A stretch of 64,000 bases of DNA from Candidatus Latescibacterota bacterium (GTDB lineage Bacteria; Latescibacterota; UBA2968). A program made the position numbers and the translations under genes. The notes below the pieces were generated by a model. It saw nothing but the letters and a program-made list of their open reading frames with translations, did not search any database and had not been told where the DNA came from. Where the stretch lies: the NCBI GenBank assembly GCA_965204745.1, contig OZ242010.1, forward strand, positions 2,208,001 through 2,272,000. The letters are read 5' to 3'. Shown here one piece after another: positions 1 through 9,375 of this stretch (position 1 is its first letter; each line of letters starts with the position of its first letter).

Positions 1-519
1 GGCGATTTCGTGTTGGGCGATAAGTTGACGTTTGGCACGCAAATCCCGGACCGCGTGCCCATATTTAATAACAAATTGCCCTCGTTTCGCGTGCCGGGGT
101 TCTCGACCCCCAAGCCGGGGGATCTGGTCATTTTTGAATTTCCCGGCGATGACTCGCGCGATTTTATTAAGCGGTGCATCGCGGCTGAAGGGCAAACCGT
201 GGAAATCAAAAATAAAATCGTGTACGTGGATGGAAAGCGATTCGATAATCCCCAAGGCGTGAAGTACGAAGACCCCACTGTGCTGAGCAAACGGGATGGC
301 CCGCGCGACAACTACGACCCGCGCAAGGTGCCGCCCGGGCACATTTTCGTGATGGGCGACAACCGCGACAGCAGTTACGACAGCCGATATTTTGGGATGG
401 TGCCGATAGAGAAAGTCAAGGCGCACCCCTTGTTTATTTACTATTCGTGGGACAGCCAAAAGCCGTTGTGGAATATTTTTGAGAAAATCCGCTGGGGCAG
501 GCTGGGGCTTTTGGATTGA
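1..519 (+). CDS. lepB: Signal peptidase I (5'-truncated by window edge)
   Basis: DFIKRCIA (catalytic Lys box) and MGDNRDSSYDSR box; frame is open at position 1. Confidence 0.95.
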   Translation, partial: GDFVLGDKLTFGTQIPDRVPIFNNKLPSFRVPGFSTPKPGDLVIFEFPGDDSRDFIKRCIAAEGQTVEIKNKIVYVDGKRFDNPQGVKYEDPTVLSKRDGPRDNYDPRKVPPGHIFVMGDNRDSSYDSRYFGMVPIEKVKAHPLFIYYSWDSQKPLWNIFEKIRWGRLGLLD

Positions 520-535
520 TGGGTACCTAAGAGGC

Positions 536-664
536 AAGACGTAAGACGTAAGACGTAAGACGTAAGACGCAAGACGCAAGACGTAAGACGCAAGACGCAA
601 GACGCAAGACGCAAGACGTAAGACGTAAGACGTAAGACGTAAGACGCAAGACGTAAGACGTAAG
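536..664. repeat. Intergenic heptamer microsatellite (AAGACGY)x18
   Basis: 18 tandem AAGACG[T/C] units read directly; last-base pattern TTTTCCTCCCCTTTTCTT. Confidence 0.97.
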
Positions 665-712
665 TGGGCAGGGTCCGAATTTGTTTGAACCAGTCTTGAG
701 GCGAAACCGACA

Positions 713-3607
713 ATGCGACGAACGACATATCCAAGAAAAAGCAGTGAGGGAGAAAGATCGACGACAGGGGCTTGGTTTCTTTTTTTTGTAGCCGCTGTTT
801 TTTGTTTTTTGACCGCGGTGCCGATCCGGGCCGCAGAGGTGGTGTTGCTCTACACGGGCGATACGCAGAGTTTTTTGGAAGTGTGTGGCTGTGCGGACAA
901 CCAACTCGGCGGCATTGCGCGGCGGGCGACGATGGTGCGGGATTTGAGGCGGTCACATCCCGATGCGGTGTTGTTGGACGCGGGCGGCCTGTTTGCCGGC
1001 GATACGGTCTTGGATCAACTGCGATGCAAAATCCACCTAAACGCGATGAAGGCCATGCGCTACGATGTCGCCAATGCGGGGGTGGGCGAATTGCGCTTTG
1101 GGCAGGCGTTTTTTGAAACCATGCGCGATTCCGGAGGCGTGCCTTTTGCGAGTGCAAATCTGAAGGTCGATGGCGTGCGGATGGGCGCGGAAACGCGAAT
1201 TTTGAATGCGGGCGATGTGCGCGTGGGCATCGTGGGGGTGGCGGGCGAACGCGAGCTCGAAGCCCACGGCATGGCGATGGGCGCATCGCGCTTGCACCTG
1301 CCCGATGGCGTGGAGGTCGCGCTCGATGGCATCGAAGCGGCGATAGCAAAGGCGAGTCGCGCCGCCGATCTCGTGGTGGTGTTGAGCGATTTGGACCGCG
1401 ACTCAGAACGCGAGCTCATCCGGCAAAACGCGGAGATAGATGTGGTGATCAGCACGCGGTCAAATGAGACCGCGCAACGGGTCGGCAACGCGCTGTTGCT
1501 GGGGACACAGGCGCAGGGCAAGGCGATAGGGCAGGCGGTATTGACACTGGAAACCGGGCGCGTGACAGCCGAACGGGTCAAGCCCATCCTCCTCTCGGAA
1601 GCCATTGCCGAAGACCGCGCGATCAAACAACTCGTGGATGGCTTTTACACTCAGGTGGCGCAAACCGCAACGTTGCAACAGACCGCACGCCCCCGGTTTG
1701 CGGGCTTCGCGTTGGAGGATCAACTCGCCTTGGGCACCAACCGCTACGTGGGCGCAGAGGCGTGCGCCGGATGCCACACCGCAGAGGCCGAGGATTGGGA
1801 ACACTCGCATCACGCGGGGGCGTTTAACCGGCTGTTGCAGCAACAAAAACACTATCAGCCCGATTGCGTGACGTGCCATACCACCGGGTTCGGCTATCCA
1901 ACCGGCTTTCGGATCGGCAAAGATGTGCTGACCCATGTGCAGTGCGAAGTGTGTCACGGGCCGGGAGAGCGACACGCGCGCCGGCCCGAAGCGCGGAATA
2001 TCCGGCGCACCCCGCCGCCCGAGTTGTGCCAACGCTGTCACGATGCCGACCAAACGCCGGATTTTGATGTGCGATTTCCGCAGATGCTGGCCGAGGTGAA
2101 CCACACCGGATCGCACGCCGAATCCCACGCACCTGCCGAGCAAGAGGAACTCGGCCGAGAGGGTCGGCCGCTGGTCGAGTTGTTCGTCATGGCAGATTGC
2201 CCTTATGGCATCCGCGCAGAACAAAATTTGGGGCAGATGTTTCACGCCTTGCGGGATCAGATCAATTTTCAACTGTATTTTATCGCAGAGGAAGCGGAGA
2301 ACGGGGAGGCCGAGGTCGTGCGTGCGCCGGTCAATCCCATGCCGTCGGGCCCAGGATGTCAGGCGACGACCGCGACTGGCACCGGGCGTTTTCGCAGTTT
2401 GCACGGCGATGTGGAAGTGGCCGAGGGCATCCGGCAAACAGCGGTGATGTCATTGTATCCCGAGCGGTTTTGGGATTATATCCTCTGCCGCAATCAGGCG
2501 GGGATCGCGACCGAGTGGCGCGGTTGTGCAACGCAGGTGGGGATGGATGCAGACAAAATCGCCGCGCTGGCCGAAAGTGCCGCGGGCGAGGATTTGTTTG
2601 CCGAGAATATCCGCCGCGCCAATGTGTTGGGCGTCCAAGCGTCGCCCACGTTGCGCGTAAATGGGCGTGCCGTGAATGCGTCTCTTGATGCGGGGGCCAT
2701 AGCGCAAGTGCTTTGTCGCAATGGCGATGCCCTGCGGTTTTGCGCGGATGTTCCCGCGTGCCGTGCGGATGTGGATTGCGCGCAACCGGGCAAAGTGGGC
2801 GTGTGTCGCAAAGGTGGAACGCCCGAGGCGCGTTGCGAATTTTTGGATCCGGTGTCGTTTCAAGCCACGATTCTCAATGACGCGACCTGTGAGGTGTGCG
2901 ACACGTACGCGCTGATTCGATCCACCCTGTCCCTGTTTCCCGGCGCGACGTTTCAAACCGTGGATGTGAACAGTTGGGCGGGGCAAAATTTGATTTCGCG
3001 CTATGGCCTAGACCGCGTGCCGGCTACCGTGCTGATGGAGGGCTTTGAAAAGACGGCCCGGTTTGGGCAATACGCCCATCTCATGCAGCGCGTTGGCGAT
3101 CAGTTCGTGCCCTCTGTGCGATTGAACCCGGTGACGCGGCTGTTGCGCGGCCGGGAGTTGGCGGGTATGGATTTGTTTTTGGATGTGGAATCGCGCACGT
3201 CTTTGGACATCGCCGCGCGCTTGTTGGACTGGATAAAAAAGGTCGATGCGCCTGCGCGCTTGCGCTTGCACTTCGCGGGCGATAGCGAGCAAAACGCGCT
3301 GTTTCGACAGGCGCAACAGGTCGCGCCAAACCGAGTCGGCGACGCGTTGTTGTGCCATTATCAAAAGCGGGCTTCTGCGGCGGACTGCATCGGTCAAGCG
3401 GGCATTGCCGGGCAGGGGCGAGACGATCACGCAGCCGTTCTCGCGCTGGCGCAAGCGCTCGGGGTGTCGTCTATCGTGCCCGCAGTGGTGATCGATGGTG
3501 GTTTTGTGGTGCAAGCCAATGGGCTCAAGCAGGTGGAAGCGGTCTTTTACAGCCTGCATCCCGAAGTCGTCCAACGCGACAGGAATTTGTTATCCGACAC
3601 CAACTGA
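713..3607 (+). CDS. Exported fusion: degenerate 5'-nucleotidase(UshA)-like domain + tetraheme c-type cytochrome + thioredoxin-like domains
   Basis: Signal peptide; GDTQSFLEVCGC...GG and LLDAGG; four CxxCH (CAGCH, CVTCH, CEVCH, CQRCH); ELFVMADCPYG and SPTLRVNG; second CEVC. Confidence 0.85.
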   Translation: MRRTTYPRKSSEGERSTTGAWFLFFVAAVFCFLTAVPIRAAEVVLLYTGDTQSFLEVCGCADNQLGGIARRATMVRDLRRSHPDAVLLDAGGLFAGDTVLDQLRCKIHLNAMKAMRYDVANAGVGELRFGQAFFETMRDSGGVPFASANLKVDGVRMGAETRILNAGDVRVGIVGVAGERELEAHGMAMGASRLHLPDGVEVALDGIEAAIAKASRAADLVVVLSDLDRDSERELIRQNAEIDVVISTRSNETAQRVGNALLLGTQAQGKAIGQAVLTLETGRVTAERVKPILLSEAIAEDRAIKQLVDGFYTQVAQTATLQQTARPRFAGFALEDQLALGTNRYVGAEACAGCHTAEAEDWEHSHHAGAFNRLLQQQKHYQPDCVTCHTTGFGYPTGFRIGKDVLTHVQCEVCHGPGERHARRPEARNIRRTPPPELCQRCHDADQTPDFDVRFPQMLAEVNHTGSHAESHAPAEQEELGREGRPLVELFVMADCPYGIRAEQNLGQMFHALRDQINFQLYFIAEEAENGEAEVVRAPVNPMPSGPGCQATTATGTGRFRSLHGDVEVAEGIRQTAVMSLYPERFWDYILCRNQAGIATEWRGCATQVGMDADKIAALAESAAGEDLFAENIRRANVLGVQASPTLRVNGRAVNASLDAGAIAQVLCRNGDALRFCADVPACRADVDCAQPGKVGVCRKGGTPEARCEFLDPVSFQATILNDATCEVCDTYALIRSTLSLFPGATFQTVDVNSWAGQNLISRYGLDRVPATVLMEGFEKTARFGQYAHLMQRVGDQFVPSVRLNPVTRLLRGRELAGMDLFLDVESRTSLDIAARLLDWIKKVDAPARLRLHFAGDSEQNALFRQAQQVAPNRVGDALLCHYQKRASAADCIGQAGIAGQGRDDHAAVLALAQALGVSSIVPAVVIDGGFVVQANGLKQVEAVFYSLHPEVVQRDRNLLSDTN

Positions 3608-3625
3608 CCTCATGGAGGAACGATT

Positions 3626-4249
3626 ATGACCGCCTTGAAGAGAATCGGATTCGGCCCATTGTTTTGCGCGTTCGCGCTGTGTGGCCTGCTCGCGGCTTTG
3701 GGGTGTAAGCCGATTCCCACGGCCCCCACTGCGGATGATGACGTTTTCGACGGGCTTTCGTATTTCAACGAACAATGGAAGTTTCAAATCAGCCGTCCAG
3801 ACAGCCAGTGGGGGATTCAGGTCTCGACGGACAACCTCAACCGAGATAGCAATGGTTTGTACCCCGTGACCGTACGCATTTTCAGCCCCAGGACATCAGA
3901 TGAATTCCGCCCGTACTTCTACTTTTTTCCTCGGGCATTGCAAACCAATACGCCGCTGGATTCGCTCATCGTGAATTTTGAAGAGCAACAGTTAATGCTG
4001 GCATTTGATCGATATCGGGTCGTTGGTGAAAAACAGCGCGTGCAACTCGAGACGGGCGAGGCGATGCAGTGGGAGTTTCGCTATTCCCAACTGGAACGAT
4101 CCAACCAGCGATTTCCCGGCAACCGTTTTTTCGCCGCCGTGGCCCGCCACAATCAGGTGGGGTATTACATGATCGGCAATGGCAGCCGAGACGCTATCTA
4201 TCCGGTCGACGCATACCGGCAGATCGTCGCCAGCTTGGAATTTCGATAG
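3626..4249 (+). CDS. Hypothetical lipoprotein
   Basis: GGAGG RBS; basic N-terminus, hydrophobic stretch and lipobox-like AALGC. Confidence 0.75.
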   Translation: MTALKRIGFGPLFCAFALCGLLAALGCKPIPTAPTADDDVFDGLSYFNEQWKFQISRPDSQWGIQVSTDNLNRDSNGLYPVTVRIFSPRTSDEFRPYFYFFPRALQTNTPLDSLIVNFEEQQLMLAFDRYRVVGEKQRVQLETGEAMQWEFRYSQLERSNQRFPGNRFFAAVARHNQVGYYMIGNGSRDAIYPVDAYRQIVASLEFR

Positions 4250-4333
4250 ACGCCGCACCCCGTCCTGTTCCCCCTCGGCCTTCCTTTAACGAGGGTTCTG
4301 CGCGGTTTTTTGTGAACCAATAATAGGTTGAGC

Positions 4334-5110
4334 ATGCCCAAAAATCCATTCTGGGAATTTGATCGCGTTCTCCCATCCGAAAAGACGGCCGAAAAGCGCG
4401 TCAGCGGCTCGTTATCCACAACGCGCAATCCGTTCGGAGAATTTGCCGAAAGTGCAACCGAAAAGCGCGGTCTGCCCATGGATGAGATTTTGGCGTCTCA
4501 CGCCTCGGCAATGGGTCGCTTGACAGACGCCTATCGCGCATTGGTTGCCGAATGCATGGGCGAGGGGTTGTGGCAAGCCAATCGCAAGACCATTGAAATG
4601 ACCTATCGCACCGCGTCGCGGATCGTGCGCGAGATCGATTGGGAAATGGCCGACATCGAAGCGTTTTGCACGCATGCCTTGCAAAGCGATGATGCGGCTT
4701 TTTTTGTGATCGAACCCCTCGGCCTGTTCCTGTCGGCCTTTTGCAACGCATCTTCCCAAGCGGAAATTCGCCTCGAGCTCACAGGTTGCGATTTGCGCTT
4801 GTCCCTGATGGGCTATCGCCTCCGCCATGGCGCCTCGCTCACTATCGCGGGCGATTTGGGCGACCTGACGGGCATTTCGCTCATGGGCGGCCACTTAAAA
4901 ATCGAGGGCGATGTGGGTCACTATCTCGGCGCGGGAATGACCGCCGGGCGGATCGAAGTATCGGGCAATGCCGGCAAATCTATCGGCGAGCAGATGACGG
5001 GTGGCGAAATTCACATCAACGGGCGATTGGGCGGCATCGGCCACGCCGAAGGGGGCGCGGTTTATCACCGTCAACACGCGCTCAGAGGAACGGGGATTAC
5101 TGACTCATGA
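4334..5110 (+). CDS. GXGXG (FwdC/GltB C-terminal-like) beta-helix protein
   Basis: Repeats IAGDLGDLTGISLMGG / IEGDVGHYLGAGMTAG / VSGNAGKSIGEQMTGG; ATGA overlap with next gene. Confidence 0.8.
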   Translation: MPKNPFWEFDRVLPSEKTAEKRVSGSLSTTRNPFGEFAESATEKRGLPMDEILASHASAMGRLTDAYRALVAECMGEGLWQANRKTIEMTYRTASRIVREIDWEMADIEAFCTHALQSDDAAFFVIEPLGLFLSAFCNASSQAEIRLELTGCDLRLSLMGYRLRHGASLTIAGDLGDLTGISLMGGHLKIEGDVGHYLGAGMTAGRIEVSGNAGKSIGEQMTGGEIHINGRLGGIGHAEGGAVYHRQHALRGTGITDS

Positions 5111-6636
5111 ATTTTGACACCATCATCCAGCGCGTTTGGCCCTCTGTGCGCCAACGCTATCTGTTTCCCGAATTGCCGATGCCCGAAGTGGTCGAGTCGG
5201 GCGATGGAGATGTGTGCATCCAGATGAAGGACAAAGTGATCCAGTTGAATGCCGTGCGCTTGACCGCCCTCGCAGAGGTGATGGACGCAGAAGACGCCAC
5301 CGCCGCGCTGTTGGATCACGGGGTGGGGCACCACGCGGTTTGTCCGTGGGATTTTGAGACCCATCTCGACCTGTACGCCGCGCTCAAGCCCATCCTCTTG
5401 GACGGGGTACGGGTCAAGCAGGTGGTCGCGTATTTTATGGATGTGGTGGTCGATACCCATGCCGTGCGCGAGCGCGAATCGAAGTTGCCCGAAGTGTATC
5501 GGCACGCGGAACCGGGCGAGGTGACGGATGTGATTCGCGCCTTGTACCAACGCCTGTGGGGCGAGGATTTGGGCGTGGATGACCGCGCCGAAGTCGATAG
5601 GCTCGCGCGCATTCCCTATTTGGACGCGGCGCGATGGGGCGACAGCCTCCGGGCCTTTGCCCAAGTGATCGCCCCGTTGATCGCGCAGGCCGCAGAGCAG
5701 GGGCAAGGCGGGATGATGGGCGATGTGCAACAGTATTCGGCAGACGAACTCGCCGCGGGATTGGCGCGATTCGCGGATCAGGGGTTTTACGCATTTCGGG
5801 AAATGGTGCGCGATTTTAAGGACGAGTTGGAAGACGCGGATGCACTGCCCAACATGGGCCGGGGCAAGGGCGCGCCCTCAGATGCCGATCTGCTGTTCTA
5901 CATGGCGCGCGCCGCTGCCTTTCGCTTGCCCGTGCAACCCATGCCCATGAAAAAAGTGGGCGGACTGCATCCGCATTCTCATTCGCCGTGGGAAATCGGC
6001 AAACCCGTGCAGCATATCGACGTGTGGACGAGCTTTGGGCGCGTGATGCCGGGCATTTCCCAGATGTGGAACTGGCGAGATGGAGAGACCCACGGCCATG
6101 GCGATGGCGTGCCCGATTGCGCGATCCTCGTCGATTCCTCGGGCAGCATGGTCGATCCCTGCCGGGAACTATCCCACGCGGTTTTGGGCGCCGGATGCGC
6201 GGCAGATGCGTATTTGCGCCGGGGCAAGCGCGTTGCGGTGTACAATTTTAGCGATGCCCAAGCCGGCGGCAAAGCGGTGCTGGATTTTTCACGAGACCGA
6301 AAGCGCGTCTTTTTCGCGCTGTGCCGGTATTTCGGCGGGGGAACCGCGTTGCACCTGCCCGATCTGCAACCGCTGCTCAAAAATCATGCGGATGTCTTTT
6401 TGATGACGGACATGCAGATCACCAATCTCGATGCCCTGATGCAATTTTTGATGGGCCGCGAAAATCGCGTCACAGCGGTTCATGTGGCACAGAACCGAGA
6501 CGCACAGCGGTTTCGCCAGCGCGCCGATGCCGCGGATCACATGTGCGTCTATGCGGTTGAGCGCGCGGAGGATATTCCCAATATCGTGCTGTCCGAAGTC
6601 GAGGCGCGATTTCGCGGGGCGGAGTTCGCACCTTAA
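5107..6636 (+). CDS. VWA domain protein
   Basis: MIDAS ILVDSSGSM, GGGT and LMTD; N-terminal HGVGHH (HExxH-like). Confidence 0.85.
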   Translation: MNFDTIIQRVWPSVRQRYLFPELPMPEVVESGDGDVCIQMKDKVIQLNAVRLTALAEVMDAEDATAALLDHGVGHHAVCPWDFETHLDLYAALKPILLDGVRVKQVVAYFMDVVVDTHAVRERESKLPEVYRHAEPGEVTDVIRALYQRLWGEDLGVDDRAEVDRLARIPYLDAARWGDSLRAFAQVIAPLIAQAAEQGQGGMMGDVQQYSADELAAGLARFADQGFYAFREMVRDFKDELEDADALPNMGRGKGAPSDADLLFYMARAAAFRLPVQPMPMKKVGGLHPHSHSPWEIGKPVQHIDVWTSFGRVMPGISQMWNWRDGETHGHGDGVPDCAILVDSSGSMVDPCRELSHAVLGAGCAADAYLRRGKRVAVYNFSDAQAGGKAVLDFSRDRKRVFFALCRYFGGGTALHLPDLQPLLKNHADVFLMTDMQITNLDALMQFLMGRENRVTAVHVAQNRDAQRFRQRADAADHMCVYAVERAEDIPNIVLSEVEARFRGAEFAP

Positions 6637-6689
6637 AATGTGGCTGTGAGTTTTGGCTCGTGTCGCTGGTTATTTTCAAAGGAGATACT

Positions 6690-7385
6690 ATGAGGCGTTT
6701 TTTTGCGGTATGCCTGACCGCTGGCGCGTTGGGTTGCCAAAGTCAGGAGAAACCCGAATTTGTGGAAGTTGACTTGGAGAACGAGCACCACGAGCAGAGT
6801 TATGCCCTGGGCTTAAATTTGTCCGATCAACTCAAACAGCAGGGTGTAGATGTCGATGTCGATGTGTTTATGCAGGGGTTCAAAGACGGGTATGCCGGAG
6901 AGTCCGCGCTGCTGACTTCGGACCAGGCAATGGAGGTTCTCATCCAAAGGGAGCGAGAACAACGGGCGCAACAACAAGCGGAGCAAACCAAGATGGCAGA
7001 GGAAAACAAAAAAGCCGGCGAGGCGTTCCTCGCGGAAAATGGGAAAAAGGAGGGCGTGATCACACTGGACAGCGGCTTGCAATACAAGGTGATCAAAGCG
7101 GGCGAAGGCCCCAAGCCTAAAAAGACCGATACGGTCGTGTGCCACTATCGCGGCACCTTGCTCGACGGCACGCAATTCGACAGTTCTTACGACCGCGGCG
7201 AGCCGGCGGAGTTTCGCGTGGACAAACTCATCCCCGGCTGGACAGAGGCGTTGCAACTCATGCCTGCGGGCTCGAAATGGGAGCTCTATATTCCGCCCTA
7301 TCTGGGGTACGGTGCGCGACAAGCCGGGCAAATCGGCCCAAACGCCACGCTCATTTTTGAATTGGAATTGCTCGAGGTGAAATAA
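6690..7385 (+). CDS. FKBP-type peptidyl-prolyl isomerase, FkpA/Mip-like lipoprotein
   Basis: SYALG N-domain, SGLQY, HYRGTLLDGTQFDSS, IPGWTEAL, TLIFELEL; AAGGAG RBS before ATG 6690; GALGC lipobox. Confidence 0.95.
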   Translation: MRRFFAVCLTAGALGCQSQEKPEFVEVDLENEHHEQSYALGLNLSDQLKQQGVDVDVDVFMQGFKDGYAGESALLTSDQAMEVLIQREREQRAQQQAEQTKMAEENKKAGEAFLAENGKKEGVITLDSGLQYKVIKAGEGPKPKKTDTVVCHYRGTLLDGTQFDSSYDRGEPAEFRVDKLIPGWTEALQLMPAGSKWELYIPPYLGYGARQAGQIGPNATLIFELELLEVK

Positions 7386-7402
7386 TCTCACAGGAGGTCG
7401 GT

Positions 7403-9298
7403 ATGGGAAGTCCAGCAAAAAAGGCGATTGTGATCGGGATGGATGGGGCGAGTATGGAAATTGTGAAAAACATGGTCGATTGGGGGCACATGCCCAATTT
7501 GGCAAAACTGGTCGAGCGCGGCGCGTGGCGACCGATGGTGGGCGTGTTTCCCACCCTCACGCCGCCGGGCTGGACCGCGGTCTCCACCGGGTCGTGGCCG
7601 GGCAATCACGAGGTGATGGATTTCAACATCCGCGCCCTGGGCGAGCGCCTGGATCAAACCGTGTGGGGCATCGATACGGGCCTGTCCAAATCGGAATACA
7701 TTTGGAACACCTTTGAGCGGGCCGGGAAAACGCCGATCCTGGTCAAGTGGGAAATGTCGTGGCCCCCCACAGTGACGACCGGGATTCAGGTGGAAGGCAC
7801 GGGGCCCGGGGTGTCCAATCACCATCAGGTCGCCGGGTATCACTTGTTTGTAGGCGGCAAGTGGGCGCCGCGCCGATTGGTGTTGCAGCGCGATCCCGAG
7901 ACGCTGGATCCGAGTGCGTTGCAAACGGTTTCGGAATTTGATCCCGTGACCCTCAAACCCGCCGAGGGGTGGACCGCGCTTCCTGCTTCCGAGAAGGCAC
8001 CGCTCGAAGTCGAGCTGGTGATTCGGCCTTTGGCGCGGGGGCGCGCGCCGATGAATCGCGGAAAGAAGGGCACGCCCAAGGCGTTTTTCGGTTTGATTTA
8101 CGCCACGACCGCCAAGGGGTACGACCGCGTGCGCGTGTGTCGCAACCGAGACGGGGGGTCACAAGTGTGCGATTTGGGCGAGGGCGAATGGAGCGAGTGG
8201 TGGCTCGACAGCTTTGAAATCGACGGGGAGCAGGTGCGCGGTTACGTGCAGATGAAGTTGATCGCGCTGACCCACAATGCGGATATGTTCGAGTTGTTCG
8301 TGCCGCAAATTTGGCCGCCCGATGGCTATACGCAACCGGCGGTCATTGCGCGAGAAATCGACGAACATGTCGGCAATTTTTTGCAGAACCCGGCCCGCGA
8401 TGCCTTGGGCAAGATCGACGATGACACGTATTTTGAGTTGTTGGATTTCCACCACCAGCGCTTGGCCGATGTCGCGCAGTATTTGACCGGGTCTCGGGAT
8501 TGGGACTTGTTGATGATCGAGACGCACGCTTCGGATTATACGAGCCACTTCTTTTTGGGGCAGGCCGATCCCACGAGCGGCGCCGCGCAAGCCGTGCTAG
8601 ACAGGTCGCGCGAGGGGGTCTTCCGAACCTATCAATCCATCGACGGCATGATCGGGCGTCTGATGGACGATGTCGCGGATGGGGATACGGTCATCGCCGT
8701 GGTGGCGGATCACGGGGGCACGTCCAATCAATTCCCGGCGGTCAATATCCGCAAGGTGCTCGCGGAGACCGGGTTTGTGAAATACGCGGAAGATGGGGGG
8801 ATCGACTGGCGCCAAACGCGCGCATGCGACGTGGGCTTGGTGCATATCTTCATCAATCTGGAAGGCCGCGAACCAGATGGCATCGTTTCCCCGCAGGATT
8901 ACGAAAGCGTGCGCCGAGAACTGATCGCCGCGCTGATGGAATACAAGGACGAAGCCACCGGTCGCCACCCCTTCGCGCTGGCATTGACCCGGGAAAATGC
9001 CGAGATGGTCAATTTGTGGGGCGATCTGGTCGGCGATGTGGTCTATGCCCTGCACCCGGAATTCGACGGCGCGCACGGCAAGCAATTGCCGTCCGTGAGT
9101 TTTGGCATGGGGGGGCAACATTCGGCATTTGTGATCGCGGGCGCGGGCATTAAGCAGGCGGGCATGCTCACCAAACAAGTGCGCTCCATCGACGTTGCCC
9201 CCACGATCTGCTATCTCACCGGCGTGCCCATGCCCAAACAGGTCGAAGGCGGCGTGGTCTATGAGGCCCTCGAAGACCCGGACTGGCATTTGAAATAA
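7403..9298 (+). CDS. Alkaline phosphatase superfamily (type I phosphodiesterase/nucleotide pyrophosphatase-like)
   Basis: VIGMDGA, PTLTPPGW..STG, VADHG, IDVAPTI. Confidence 0.9.
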   Translation: MGSPAKKAIVIGMDGASMEIVKNMVDWGHMPNLAKLVERGAWRPMVGVFPTLTPPGWTAVSTGSWPGNHEVMDFNIRALGERLDQTVWGIDTGLSKSEYIWNTFERAGKTPILVKWEMSWPPTVTTGIQVEGTGPGVSNHHQVAGYHLFVGGKWAPRRLVLQRDPETLDPSALQTVSEFDPVTLKPAEGWTALPASEKAPLEVELVIRPLARGRAPMNRGKKGTPKAFFGLIYATTAKGYDRVRVCRNRDGGSQVCDLGEGEWSEWWLDSFEIDGEQVRGYVQMKLIALTHNADMFELFVPQIWPPDGYTQPAVIAREIDEHVGNFLQNPARDALGKIDDDTYFELLDFHHQRLADVAQYLTGSRDWDLLMIETHASDYTSHFFLGQADPTSGAAQAVLDRSREGVFRTYQSIDGMIGRLMDDVADGDTVIAVVADHGGTSNQFPAVNIRKVLAETGFVKYAEDGGIDWRQTRACDVGLVHIFINLEGREPDGIVSPQDYESVRRELIAALMEYKDEATGRHPFALALTRENAEMVNLWGDLVGDVVYALHPEFDGAHGKQLPSVSFGMGGQHSAFVIAGAGIKQAGMLTKQVRSIDVAPTICYLTGVPMPKQVEGGVVYEALEDPDWHLK

Positions 9299-9312
9299 GA
9301 CGCGCAGACGAA

Positions 9313-9355
9313 AAACAACAAGCCCGAGTTCCTTGCGAACCCGGGCTTTTGTTTT
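9313..9355. terminator. Bidirectional terminator hairpin; copy 1 of island-bounding direct repeat
   Basis: AAGCCCGAGTTC-CTTGC-GAACCCGGGCTT with A-run before and T-run after, between convergent genes. Confidence 0.85.
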
Positions 9356-9375
9356 GCGAACATCGTTTTTACGCA

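Noticed and set aside
880-915. Selenocysteine in the CGC motif
   Set aside because: Both codons are TGT; no in-frame TGA
441-1349. Minus-strand ORFs with (YVLRLTS)n repeats
   Set aside because: Translation of the heptamer microsatellite, overlapping real plus-strand genes
4334-5110. fwdC / formylmethanofuran dehydrogenase
   Set aside because: Only the GXGXG repeats match; no other fwd or C1 genes nearby
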